Of a stretch of 64,000 nt of DNA, positions 1-13,246 are shown in pieces. The stretch spans positions 103,666,001 to 103,730,000 of the forward strand of contig NC_086108.1 in the NCBI RefSeq assembly GCF_963921235.1. Direction: 5' to 3'. A program made the position numbers and the translations under genes. The notes beneath the pieces are model-generated. The model was not told the origin of the DNA. It ran no database searches and saw only the letters and a program-made list of their open reading frames with translations. The DNA comes from Mobula hypostoma (Eukaryota). Numbering within the stretch: position 1 is the stretch's first letter; every line of letters begins with the position of its first letter.

Positions 1-821
1 ATCTTGTTTCTCCAGTTTATAAACCTACCAACACTACCTCACTATTTTGTTCTCTTTCTGCAGGTTTTTTTAAAAATAAGTTTCTTATTGGAACTTATAG
101 TATTTTTTAATGTATTGCACTCTGCTGCTGCCACAAAAACAAACAACAAATTTCATGAGTATCAGTGAAAATAAACACGATTCTGATTAAGGATGCAAAT
201 CTACTTCTGCCTATTTCTGGTTCCCCGAACTTGCACTGCCCATTTAAGTCGGTCGTACAAATCTCCCACAGTGAGGCTATGGTTTACTTGCCCAAAACAG
301 AACCCTGGCTTCCCAAAACTAATGCATGGATAAGTTTCACAGAGAGAGGACAGTTGCACAGACATCGAACAGAGTGGTTTGATGCTAAAGGGAACTGTAA
401 CATTACTCTATGTTGTTCTGCTGAATATTGTGAGTATCCTATGTTAGCACAGGAATGTACGACAACACTTGTGGGCAGCCCCCAGCACACCCTTAGGTTA
501 TCTTGGTTGTGAACACAAATGGTGTATTTCACTGTATATTTTAATATACACATGACAAGTAAATTTGAATCTTGTTTAATTTACTGGACTTGTTCACAGA
601 GCATAAAACTACAAGCATAACAAAAGTTTGAATTTAAATTCAGCTAACTAAATCAATTTGGATTTCTTCCCCTCCACTCCCCACAGAAAACACTAATCAC
701 GTCAATATGACCACAGACCTACCAGTTTATTGCAAATTCCCACCTGGTTTACCAATATCCTCAACTGAAAGAAATCTGCCTCCCTCACTTTACCAGGCCT
801 AGAGGGAACCCCAGAACCATT

Positions 822-1135
822 AAAGGCATCAGTTAGTCTTGCGAGACCATGGATCTGCGCCTGGAAAGTCTTCACTCTCCAGGGCGCAGGCCTGGGCAAG
901 ATTGTATGGAAGACCAGCAGTTGCCCATGCTGCAAGTCTCCCCTCTCCACGACACCAATGTTGTCCAAGGGAAGGGCATTAGGACCCATACAGCTTGGCA
1001 CCAGTGTTGTCGCAGAGCAATGTGTGATTAAGTGCCTTGCTCAAGGATACAACTCATGTTGCCTCGGCTGGGGCTTGAACTCACGACCTTCAGGTCGCTA
1101 GTCCAAATGCCTTAACCACTTGGCCACGTACCCAC
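822..1135 (-). mobile_element. tRNA-derived SINE (CORE-like)
   Basis: Pol III A box TGGCCAAGTGG, B box GAGTTCAAGCC and a TCCTTGAGCAAGGCACTTAA core. Closely similar to the copy at 42759-43088. Confidence 0.85.
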
Positions 1136-2599
1136 ACCACCAATGTGGTTAACTGCCTGCAACGGGGGCGGGGGCAGAAATGCTGGGAGTACGAGATATA
1201 AAGCTTAACATTTACTGAAAATATGGAATAAGAATGGAATTCTGAAAATACTAAATAGATCTGGTAATCTTTCTCTCCCTATTGATTCTGAGTTAATGTT
1301 ACATGAGGATGATCTTAGATTAGAACTGACACAGACAGAAACAGCTGGTTACCTGAAACTGTTAAATACATTACTTCCTGAATAGAAAATGAGGTGTCGT
1401 TTCAATACTGTATTCTGAAAGAACCTGTATACCCCTATAATATTACTCACTTCTTCTCCTCTCCAGAAAACAAAGGTGTTATTTCCTGAGCTTACGTTGA
1501 CCAAAGACAGTTTTGAGTGGGAGTGAGATACAAAATTAGTGAAATACAATTGAAAGCTCAGTCACCACTGTGAACTGAATTGAGATGTGTTGTAAGGTGG
1601 TTAACCAATCACCTTGAGACTGCTCCAAATTTGTCCATATAAGCTCCAAAAGAGTGCCCCATTTCCTGTTGATGTCTTCAACAATGAATTCAAAAATTTC
1701 AAATAACCAGCCATCCTTATCTGTGGCCAGTTCCGGAGAATCCCATATAATATTAACTAACTATTTTCTCTACAGAGTTGCTAACCAACCTGCTTCCAGC
1801 ATTCTCTTTTTGTTTCATACTTCTCACAACTGTTGTGTTCTGCAAATTATTACATTTGTTTCTCTCTACTCCTCCCATTCATTTCCCTCCATTTACACAC
1901 CTCCAAAAACATCAGTTTTGATTAGCACGTATTCATCATCCTCTCTTAGACATGCATCACCTGGTCAATCTTGGTATGTGTCTTGTCACACACACACTTC
2001 AGTTTTTTGTTTTTTCACCTCTTTTTCACTCATAAGATGCTTAGTGCTTTTACAGTTTTGATGAAATGAAATTGAACAAACATTTAACAGTTTTTCTCTC
2101 CACAGGTGCCACATGACCTGCTTTTCTCCAAAAATTTCCACTTTCATTTTAAACCAGATGGGATCTCCCTATGCGGCAAGTTTTCACAATTCAACAAACC
2201 TTCCACAGAATACACATAAAATTGCAATAGCTCCCAGAAGTTTAACAATTCCCTTGAAGATGTGCTGTAAAACCACATTTTTCAACTCATAACTTTGCAA
2301 GTGCCTTTGATAAATGGATTATTCTTCACACAAAATGCTGGCAGATCTAGTAAGAGTTCAGCACGGACTAGAAGGGCCGAGATGGCCTGTTTCCGTGCTG
2401 TAATTGTTGTATGGTTATATCTCAGTTGATCAGTCTTGATGAAGGCTAAAAATGTGAATTGTTTATTTTTCTCCATAAATGCTATCTGACCAGCTGAGTT
2501 TCTCTAGCATTTTGTGTGTTACGCTGGATTTCCAGCATTGGCACAATCTCGTGTGTTTATTCTTTACAATTTGGTTTACCTGCCCTCCTCAGTGAGTCA

Positions 2600-2845
2600 A
2601 AAACTGACATGGTACTATTTGAAGAACAGTAAAGTCCTTCTTGCTGACTTAGGCAGTATTTATCCCTCACCAATATATCTTAAGAGACATTATCTAGTCA
2701 TTTATCACCACTGTTTTCAAAAGTTTATTGTTAACAAACCACGTACCACGTGCTATATTCCAGCAGCAGCTTCACTGGTTGCAATTTTGGTTGTGACAAT
2801 TTCTTTTATTGTGAAAAGTTGCTGCTTGAATGCAAGATTCCTTTT
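2600..2845 (+). mobile_element. Ancient DeuSINE-like remnant (similar remnant ~6225-6380)
   Basis: Degenerate match to the recalled Deu-domain consensus (...TATTTGAAGAA...TATTTATCCCTCA...TTATCTAGTCATT...). Confidence 0.55.
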
Positions 2846-2864
2846 GCTAAAGTTCCACACCTAC

Positions 2865-2927
2865 CTGGGAATGAAGCGTGCTGTGATCCGAATGGGATTC
2901 TCCACAACCAACATAGGGACAGCCATT
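2865..2927 (-). CDS. USP33: USP33 coding exon (ZnF-UBP)
   Basis: 63-bp CAG/GTAGG-bounded exon: [21 protein letters not shown] (recalled human [21 protein letters not shown]). 88-bp intron to the previous exon. Downstream exons were not found and probably lie left of the window. Confidence 0.96.
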
Positions 2928-3015
2928 CTGTTTGCAAAGGAGCAAAGCCAACAAGTCAGAGGGTGGAGAGACTTTAATGCAATGAATCTCTAGTACAAAC
3001 CATACATCACCTTAC

Positions 3016-3069
3016 CTCCAAACATGCCCAGAGGTTTGGGCCTCCAACTTTGCAGTCTTGACAAGTGCC
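3016..3069 (-). CDS. USP33: USP33 coding exon (ZnF-UBP)
   Basis: 54-bp AG/GTAAG-bounded exon: GTCQDCKVGGPNLWACLE (recalled human USP33 GTCQDCKVQGPNLWACLE; closer than USP20). Confidence 0.96.
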
Positions 3070-3573
3070 CTACCCAGAATAAAAACATCATACTGTTATT
3101 ATATCAGAAAAAGGGAAGTAAATTCCAATTCTTTGTGCTAAAGATCAATCATCGCATGATTGATTTGACTTTCCATTTACAGTGGTGTATGTCATGTATA
3201 TTTTGAACCTGCTCCTAACAATTTTCTCCGTTGCTCATTTTTGCTACCATATTCTATCTTTGGCCTTAAAAACAGGGCACCTCTCTTCCATCTTACAGCC
3301 TTCAGTTCCTCGAAAACAAGGTGGCAATGAGGGAGGACTGGGATGGGGAAATGGAATGATAACTTAATTATAACTTCCTGATTTAAATCATCCTTTATTA
3401 TTGATGACCATGAAACAAAGCACAGTACAGACCTTTCAGCCCACAATATTGTGCTTGACCATGAAACACAAAGTACTGATCATTCAGCCCACAATATTGT
3501 GCCAACCTTTTAACTTACTCCAAAATTAATCTATCACTCCCCCACTCCAACAACAACCTCCATTTTCCTTTCA

Positions 3574-4792
3574 ATAGACAGTAGACAATAGGTGTAGGAG
3601 TAGGCCATTCAGCCCTTCGAGCCAGCACCGCCATTCACTGTGATCATGGCTGATCATCCACTATCAGTATCCAGTTCCTGCCTTATCCCCATAACCCTTG
3701 ATTCCACTATCTTTAAGAGCTCTATCCATCTCTTTCTTGAAAGCATCCAGAGACTTGGCCTCCACAGCCTTCTGGGGCAGAGCATTCCATATATCCACCA
3801 CTCTCTGGGTGAAAAAGTTTTTCCTCAACTCCGTTCTAAATGGCCTACCCCTAATTCTTAAACTGTGGCCTCTGGTTCTGGACTCACCCATCAGCGGGAA
3901 CATGCTTCCTGCCTGCAGCGTGTCCAATCCCTTAATAATCTTATATGCTTCAATAAGATCCCCTCTCAGCCTTCTAAATTCCAGACTATACAAGCCCAGT
4001 CGCTCCAATCTTTCGACATATGACAGTCCAACCTACGCTGCACTCCCTCAATAGCAAGAATGTCCTTCCTCAAATTTGGAGACTAAAACTGCACACAGTA
4101 CTCCGGGTGTGGTCTCACCAGGGCCCTGTATAGCTGCAGAAGGACCTCCTTGCTCTTATACTCAATTCCCCTTGTTATGAAGGCCAGCATGCCATTAGCT
4201 TTCTTCACTGCCTGCTGTACTTGCATGCTTGCTTTCAGTGACTGATGTACAAGAACACCTAGATCTCGTTGTGCTTCCCCTTTTCCAAATTTGACTCCAT
4301 TTAGATAATAATCTGCCTTCCCGTTCTTACCACCAAAGTGGACAACCTCACATTTATCCACATTAAACTACATCTGCCCACTCACCCAGCCTGTCCAAGT
4401 CATCCTGCATTCTCATATCATCCTCCTCACATTTCACACTGACACCCAGCTTTGTGTCATCGGCAAATTTGCTAATGTTACTTTTAATTCCTTCATCTAA
4501 ATCATTAATATATATTGTAAACAGCTGTGGTCCCAGCACTGAACCCTGCGGTACCCCACTGGTTACCGCCTGCCATTCCGAAAGGGACCCGTTAATCGCT
4601 ACTCTTTGTTTTCTGTCAGCCAGCCAATTTTCAATCCATGTCAGTACTCTGTCCCCAATACCATGTGCCCTAATTTTGCCTACTAATCTCTTATGTGGGA
4701 CTTTATCAAAGGCTTTCTGAAAGTCCAGGTACACTACATCCATTGGCTCTCCCTTGTCCATTTTCATAGTTACATCCTCAAAAAAATTCACA
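3574..4792 (-). mobile_element. CR1 LINE 3' fragment, nested in an older CR1 (3405-3573 + 4793-5035)
   Basis: RT motifs YLDFQKAFDKV, SGVPQGSVLGP and KFADDTK, plus the C-terminal RRLRGDLIE..RTRGH. Broken frames. Confidence 0.95.
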
Positions 4793-5189
4793 TGCCTGAA
4801 AGAATCTAAGAATCTCTTAAAAGTCTCTCATTCATCTGCCTCTCCCATGACTTCTGGCAGCATATCCTACACACCTACCACACAAAAAAAAACTACCTCT
4901 GACATACTCCCCAAACATGCCCCCTTCTACAAGCCATTTCCACCCTGGGAAAAAAGTCTCTGGTTGTCCACTATCTTATCCTCTTAAAATCTTGTACACC
5001 TCTTATCAAATCACCCCTCATCCTCCTTTGCTCCCAGAACTTTGTTTACATGAGACATATTAAGACACAAAGACATATTGATGATTCTGGAACTGCAAAA
5101 TCACTGAGCCATGAACTGTCATGATAATAGCTTTAAGAACGTGATTCCTACAGAAACATCTTGCTGAGGATAAACTACTAAATCCATAC

Positions 5190-5640
5190 GTGTTTAATTG
5201 ACCACTCACACCACCAAGTCGGAAAGAGTGCAGAGAAGATTTATATGTCTGGATGCAAGGGATTAATTTATGAGGAGAGGTTGAGCAGGTTGGGACAATC
5301 TTATATAGAAGCACAAAATCATGAGGGACATAGATAGAGTCAATGCGCAAAGTCTTTTTCCTGGGATTGAGGAAATCAAGCTTAGGTTTAAGATGAGTTG
5401 GGGAGACATTTAATAGGAACCTGAAGGGCAACTTTTTCACCCAGAGGCTCATATATGGAACAAACTCTCAGAGGAAGTGTACATTTACAATATTAAAAGG
5501 CACTTGGACAGGTTCATGGATAGGAAAGGTTTACAGGGATGGGTAAACCCAGGCAAACGAGACTGGCTTAGATGGGAATCTTGGTCAGCATTGACCAGTT
5601 AGGTTGAAGGACCTACTTCCATATTGCATGATTCTCTAAC
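5190..5640 (+). mobile_element. CR1 3' remnant
   Basis: Degenerate CR1 C-terminus and 3' UTR (GGCAACTTTTTCACCCAGAGG). Confidence 0.75.
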
Positions 5641-6586
5641 TGCCAGGGTTCTGCAAAATGCTGTAAAATGTAGAGTTATGTCAAATACAGTTCAATTTGT
5701 AATTCCGAACCTCCAAGTCTCATTCACTGAATTGAACATAAGATCCAAGCAAATATTCATTACACTAGAGGAAAAGATACCCTGCCAGAGGCACCATCTT
5801 TTACACAAAAGTTGTCAAACCAAGGAAGGTCTTGTTTAACCTACTGGGTGCAATAAATGACAAGAATGTCCCAATCAACTTTTAGCTTTCTTCTAACAGC
5901 ACTAATACACATTAACAGAAGCCTTAGGTCTGACACCACCAGGCCAAGAAACAGCTACTTCCCTTCAACCATTCAGTTTTTGCATCAATTGGCAAAATCT
6001 TAATAAGCACAGTTTAGCAACACTATGACCTCCCTGCACTAAAATGCACTTTATTTTTCTTCTAATCATGTTCTTTCCTGTAACAGTTGTGTATAATTTA
6101 CAGATATGTTTAACTTGTGTTTTTCGTGTGAACGCTGCATGTATGATACTTTGCACCCGTGATGCTGCTGCAAGTCAGTTTTTCATTGCACCTGTGCAGA
6201 CAGGCACTTGTGTATTTGACTGACGTTATCTAGTTATGATCATGGCTGTTTTATAGGAATTTGCAGTGAAATATTTGGCCACTCTATTTCTAACATTACA
6301 AAAGGCACACAGCAAATGTGCTTCATTTGTTGTGAAGCATTTCTGGATGCAAAAGGCCCCACATCGATGCAACTTCCTCCTTATCATAGATGTGATCATT
6401 TATTCTATATCAGGAAATTAATAACAAGCCTCAAGTTCAAGTTGAACTGTCATTCAACATTGCACATGAATACAGCAAAAACTGAGGCCAAGGTGCAAAA
6501 CACAGTACGAACAGTCACACCCATCACATACAACACATATAGTTACGATAGCAGAAAAGCATAGTCACAAAAAAAAGGTGACTTAC

Positions 6587-6664
6587 ATGAGACTTTTCAA
6601 TCAGTTCATCTTTTGTCACTTCACCCACTGATTCCAAGTGAACACAATCACTGAGATGTGACAT
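6587..6664 (-). CDS. USP33: USP33 first coding exon (start of ZnF-UBP domain)
   Basis: Translates MSHLSDCVHLESVGEVTKDELIEKSH, matching recalled USP33 '[27 protein letters not shown]'. GTAAGT donor at 6586-6581, phase 0. Likely acceptor at 6711/6710 (alternative at 6779/6778). Confidence 0.93.
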
Positions 6665-7774
6665 CTTCACAGCAATAGCTTCCTATAGCCCTTTTCGATG
6701 CAATACTGCCTATACAACAGTGAGAACAGCTGTAGGTGAGGGTCTCTGAGTTATTTTGAGAAGCATGCAGCTACCTTCTGCAAAATAATAACAATCCAAA
6801 TGAATCAGATCTTCTCAAGCCTGAAATAATTGCACATTACTTACAACCAGCCCACCGAACAGCGAAAGACTACCTTCTGGAGTTTATGAAAAGATAAAGA
6901 ACCCTTCACCTATATTGCTACAAACTTCAGAATTTGACAACTTAGCCAATTAAATACCATTTATATATTTTTTCAAAATGTCATACTAAGGCCAAAACAT
7001 AAGGAGGGTTATAATTTCAGCGTGCACCTGAAGCTGTTCCAATTTTGTTCCAACTTTGGTATTAGAATGAGGCAGAAACAAGGCACGGAGGCATGGAGGC
7101 CTCTAAACCACAACAACGCTGCGGTTCTCTTGGACGAGTTTAATTGGTCACAAGGGTGTAATTGGGTGGCTCAACCTTGTGGGCTGGAAGAGCCTGTTAC
7201 AGTGCTGTATCTCTAAAATAAAAACTAATATTTATAAACTGATAAGGTGGCCAGAACAATGGCAGGAGGAATTAAGCTATGAAAAATGCAAGGTGCATTT
7301 TGGGAGGACTGATAACATTCGGCTATATGGAATGAATTGTAGGACCCTGAGGAGTACTGAGGCATTGGCGTACATGTCTATCAATCCACGAAAGCAACAG
7401 CGCATGTAGACATGTTGAGTTAAAAAAATGCATACAAGTTATTGGTTAACTATATAGAACTTTAGGACTTCAAACAGTATAGTACCTCCGGCTCATGATT
7501 AGCTAAGGGTAGGAAATGTGAGGAAGAATTTTGTCACCAGAAGCTGACTGAAATCTGGAATGAGCTGTCTGATAGATGTTGGAGATAGGTACTAACAACA
7601 TTTAAGTATGTCGATGAGCACTCAGAATGTATAGATTGGAAGACTACATGCAAAATAGCATCAGTATAGAAAGATACTTGCATACCATAGGTGGATTCTA
7701 TGGTATTTCTTTGTTCTATTGCGAATGCCTGCGGGAAAATGAATCTCAGGGTAGTATATGGTAACATATATGTA

Positions 7775-8564
7775 CAGTGGATTCTGGTTCATCGGGACAG
7801 CTGCTTATTTGGGACAACTCTTAAAGAGAAAAAAAAACAATTGAGAAGATAGCCAGGATTTCCCTCATTTATTTGGGACACTATGCCATTTAATTGGGAC
7901 AGGAGAATGTTGCCGAACAGTTTCTAAATAGTGTCAGTCATATGCACTTGTGTGACTGTTAGACACTACATCATGTTTAGATTGAATAGCTTTTAAATAG
8001 TGTCAGTTGCATGTGTTTGTATTCAAAATGTAGTGATTTTTGTTACTGATGCTGGTGAGAAATAAACGGTAAGACATTCAGAACAGTTTTATTCACTGTG
8101 GTTTCAAGCATTCAGGTTCGGAGGTGTAAGAAATAGCCACGAGAGAAAGTGAAACAAATTCACATTAACAAGTTAGGAACTACAAAGAACTTGAAGGTAT
8201 CAACAATCATCTTCAATGCTACAATGAAAATGAAGCTTTGGAGCATGCAATCTTTGAAAACATTGTATGAAGGCAGTCCATTATCTGCACTTGGTGTCTG
8301 TGCTGATTTTGTTCATTTTCAGATAATCAAAAGAACACAGCAGCATACACTGGACAGTTTTATAGTATTGCAGTAGTAATGGTAGTGCTCTAATTTGAAT
8401 TGCATTTCATTTAAAAACATAATTTGTTACTCAGTTAAACAGTAGTTTGTCTTTTTTTTTACCTTTTTAACTATTTTCATGAAACTTCAGCTAACTGGGG
8501 CAGCCACTTAACTAGGCCAAAAATGTAGTGGTCCTGATGCATCCCAATCAACTGGAATCCACTG
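7775..8564. mobile_element. Non-autonomous pogo/Tigger-like DNA transposon
   Basis: TIRs CAGTGGATTCTGGTT / AACTGGAATCCACTG with TA TSDs (7773-74, 8565-66). Splits a LINE 3' tail (...CATATATGTA|CTTTGAT...). Confidence 0.85.
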
Positions 8565-9119
8565 TACTTTGATACTAAATTTACTTTGAATGGGCACAGA
8601 AACAATGGGCTTGTTTTCATGCTGTATAAGGAAGCATTCTACTTGGACGCCATGAAGCTGAGAAGCTTACCAAGTCCTGGAAAGGTGGTGGTCCTGGTGC
8701 GAGAAAGGAGACAAGCTGCAGTCTATCAAGGGTATAAAGACCAACACGGATATCGAAGGAATATTGCTTTGAAGAAATGAAAACAGAAAACTGTCAAACA
8801 CCAAAAGCCGAAGGAATGCATTAAATTGAATTAACCAACACCTTAATTTACTTAGCCTGAGCTTCCCCTATGATGTGATATTTGGAGGTTTAACTCCAAC
8901 ACAAGAGGACTGTGCAACTTCGACAGGCTGTTCAGGATGAATTTTCCAGAATCAGAATCAGGTTTATTATCAACGACATCTGTTGCGAAAACTGTCGTTT
9001 TGCGGCAGCAGAACAGTGCAATAGTTACTATATGTTACAACACCTGCAGTGAAAACGTCACCAAAATTTTAAACCATCTCTCAGTGAGATGGAGGCCACA
9101 GAAAGTTGTAAATTTAAAC

Positions 9120-9690
9120 CAGTGAAATTGTATCACAGTCGGTTGCATGATGGCCTGCTATGGAAATACCAATGTCCAAGAATAGGAAAGCCAACAAAAA
9201 GTGGAGGATACAGCCCAGAGCATCAGAGGATAAGCCTTCCCCACCACTGAACACATCCAAAAGGAATGCTAGCACAAGAAAGCAGCATTCATTATCAAGG
9301 GCCACCACCATCCAAGGCCATGCTATTTTCATCAGGAAGGAGGTACAGAAGCCTTAGATCCCACACCTCCAGCTTGAGGAACAGGCATTACCGTTCAGCC
9401 ATCAGAATCCTGAACCAGCGTGGGTAACTTTACTTACCTCAACTCTGAAATGATTCCACTACCTGTGAACTCACCTTCAAGGACTCTACAACTCATGTTC
9501 TCAGTATTATTTATTAATTTGCAGAGTCTGTCTTCTTTTGCACTTCGGTTGTTTGTTAGTCTTTGTGTATAGTTTTCATTGACTCTATTGTATTGCTTTG
9601 GTTCTACTGTGAATGCCCACAAGAAAATGAATCTCAGGGTAGTATATGGTGACATATATGTACTTTGATAATATATTTACTTTGAACTAT
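9120..9690 (+). mobile_element. Rex-Babar LINE 3' fragment (related short fragments recur at ~1-190, 9945-10200, 11895-12370, 14935-15170, 17290-17590, 18560-18880, 34560-35050, 52580-53120, 53460-53840)
   Basis: Shared C-terminal and 3' UTR text, e.g. ...CCATCAGG(A/G)AGGAGGTACAG..., AATCTCAGGGTAGTATATGGTGACATA and (ATTCTG)n tails. Confidence 0.7.
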
Positions 9691-10689
9691 ATATTAAAAG
9701 CAACAAGGAACTTTTTTGTGAAATCTAATACTTCTGAAATACTTTTTTCAAACCTGTTTCTTTTCATTAACTTCCTGAATACATAAATGCAAAGATACCC
9801 TTCAAGTTTATTGCCTTTGGCGTACATATGCAAGGTATACGTAAATGCCAGTGAAAATCAACTTTTTGCGGCAGCAGCGGTACCACACATTACAAACATG
9901 CCCAACTCGAGTTAACAGAAACGTAACCTAACAGAAATTAATAAATGCCCTCTTCTTATTACGGCCAGAGAAGAGGTGGGACTGGAGCCAGGAAACACAC
10001 ACTTAACATTTTAAGAACAGTCGCCATCTGAAAGGACAGTGAACTACCTCACAATTTTTTGCTCTCTTTTTGCACTACTTATTTATTGTTAATATATATC
10101 ACTTACTGCAACTTATAACTTTTCCTTTATTATATATTGCAATTACTATTGCTGCAAAACAATATCACAACATATGCCAGTGATATTAAACCTGATTTTG
10201 ATAGACATTAAGCAAGCTCAAAATGATGATACAAATCCAAGATGAGAGAAACGAAATATAGTAGAAATATAGATACAAAACTAAGTACTAATCTATATTA
10301 GAAAGTAAGACGCAAAGAACAGGGTGTTGCTGTAAAGATGTCACACCTTCGACTTTCTTAGCTGACAATGTTCCTCAACTTACACCAGCAATGACCAATT
10401 AGCATATCAGCTATCAACTTCGGTCTTAAGGATCTAACACATTAGAGATGAACACTTGGCTAAATGCAGTAATTGTACTTCAAAGGCAGCAATACTGAGA
10501 ACCGCACAGCACAGGAACAGGAACTTTAGCCCAAAATATTGTGTCAAATTAATTCAATTAGCAATCAAAACTGTAATTAAACTCGTTTCTCCTGCCTGCA
10601 CATGGGTCCATACCTCTCCATTCTCTACACATTCATATTCCTTCTAAAAGACTCTTAAACGCCTTTGTCATAGTTGGAATTGTAATATT

Positions 10690-11465
10690 TGTAAGACATA
10701 GGAGCAGAATTAGGTCATTTGGCCGATCTAGTCTGCTCTGCCATTCCATCATGGCTGATTTATTATCCCATTCAACCCCATTCTCCTGTCTCTCCTTCCC
10801 CCCTCCCAAAACCTTTGATGCTCTAACTAATCAAGAACCTATCAATCTCTGCTTTAAATACACCCAATGACTTGGCCTTCACACCCATCTGTTGCAATGA
10901 ATCCCATAGATTCACCACCCTGTGGCTAAAGAATTCCACCTCTTCTCTGTTCTAAAGGAACGTCCTTGTATTGTGAAGCTGCGCCCTCTGGTCCTAGACT
11001 TCCCCACTATAGGAAACATCCCTTTCATGACCACTCTATCTACGCCAACACGCCTTTTCTTAGATAAGGGACTCAAAATTGCTCCAACTGCAGTCTGACC
11101 AATGCCTTATAAAGCCTCAGCATTACATCCTTGCTATTATATTCTAGTCTTGAAGTGAATGCTAACATCGCATTTGCCTTCTTTGCCACTGACTCAACCT
11201 GCAAATTAAACTTTAGGGAATCCTGCGCGAGGACTCCCAAGTCTTTTTGCAGTTCTGATTTCTGAATTTTTTCCTCATTTAGAAAATACTCTATGCCTTT
11301 ATTTCCTTTTACCAAAGTGTATGTCCAGCTACTTCCCTACTCAGTATTCCATCTGCCACTTCTTTGCCCATTCTCCCAATATGTCGAAGTTCTCCTAAAG
11401 ACTCCCTGTTTCCTCAACACTACCTGCCCTTCCACCTATCTTTGTATTGTCTGCAAACTTGGCCA
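10690..11465 (-). mobile_element. CR1 LINE 3' fragment
   Basis: QKDLGVL..KKANAMLAF..LRLYKALVR motif and CR1 3' tail. Confidence 0.9.
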
Positions 11466-13246
11466 TTATTATCTCATGTACCAAGATACAGTGATAAGCT
11501 TGTTTTACATTCTGTTCATACTGATCATGTTTGATGCTTAACACAAACTCAAGTGTGACAGTGTATTTCTTCGCTTCACTGGTAAAAATTTCTTCTTATA
11601 CTAATTCCAAAAATATCCTTTCACTCTCAGACCTTTTCAGTAATGATTCTGACCAAAGAACAAGGTCAAAACAAGATTAGAACTGAAGTCTCATTAAGAC
11701 AAACTTCCCTCTCCAGATATTAATAATATGTTGATTGAATATGATGTGTGCAGTCTTAAGCCTGGATAGATCTACAATAATGGCATTCCAATTGTTAATC
11801 CATTGTGTAGTGCTGCAGGAAATTGAACACCTTCCACTTAAGGCTGAGTTGCTGGGCAATAGAGACGAAGGGGCACTTGGCTTGCTTCCTAGATTTCAGT
11901 ATCAGAATCAGGTTTATTATCATTGACAATGTCACAAAATGTGTTGTTTTGTGTTGCAGCAGCAGTACAGTGCAGCACATAGAACAAACTATAAATTACA
12001 ATCAGAAAAAACATATATAAAAGAAAATTAAATTTAATCAGTAGTGCCAAAAGAAAGCAAAAAAACAAGTGAGGAAATGGTCATGGACTGTTGAGAAATC
12101 TTTTGGCAGAGGGGAAGAAGCTGTTCATAAAACTTTTGAGCATGTACCTACAGGTACCTGTACCTCCTCTCCAAGACTGCATTTCCTGGATGGTGGGGGG
12201 AGGGGGTCCTTAATGATGGACCCCCCCCCCCCACTTTTGAGGCATCACCTTTTGAAGATGTCCTTGCCCATGATGTAAGTTGGTTGATGTAAGTTGCTGC
12301 TTTTTTCCAATGCTGTGCAGTGGCCCCTCCATACCAGAGAGTGATGCAACCAGTTATAATGCTAATACATCCCTGGAGCCTATGAGGACAAGCATTTTCA
12401 ATCTGGACTGCTACTGTGCAAAACCTCAACCATCTGCCATGACTGGCCAGCTTGCCAATACATTACCAGGTGAATGTAGAGGCATGCAACTACCCAAGGG
12501 AGCACATTCCATCATGACTCAGCACTTTCAATGGAGTCAGATGCAGGAGGAAAATAAACAACACATTGGTTACTATCGTCACAAGTTACAACAGCACCTG
12601 TTTATCAACAACGTTGCCAGAGATTAGCCCTACTTGGAATTTCTCTCCTCCTTCCCTGCTGTCAAATTTCCATTTCACAGATCCCAATTTCTTCTTTTAA
12701 AGTTTCCAGTGAGATACAGCATATATTTAAGAGATACAGTACAGTAACAGGCTCTTCTGGCCCAAAGAGCCCTTGGCACTCAATTACACCCATGAGACCA
12801 ATTAACCTGCTAATACAATAGGAACTCTGGGAGGAAGCTGGAGCACCTGGAAGAAATCCACACAGTTCACAGGGAGAATATCCCGAGCTGCAATAACATC
12901 GTGCTCACTGCTAGGCTATCATGGCGCTCGAATCCTGTAATTTCCTACACAACACCAACAACCCAATGAGATGACTTCACCACACGTTCCAGCAGTTGAA
13001 GGAGTACGTTCACAGCTATCTTCTCAAAGGCAACCTAGAAATGCCGACAATGTCCATAAAATTAACAAATGATTAAACCTTCCCTGAAACCTTCACTTGT
13101 CAACCTTTGATTATGACAGCAGGAACACCAATGGTTGTAGATCAGCAGCGCCACAGATTGGATTTCCAAACTGCTGCAAGCAAATTCTGACTTTTGGATA
13201 TTTGCTGACAAACTAAGCTTACATCATTTAAAACACTGGCAATATA

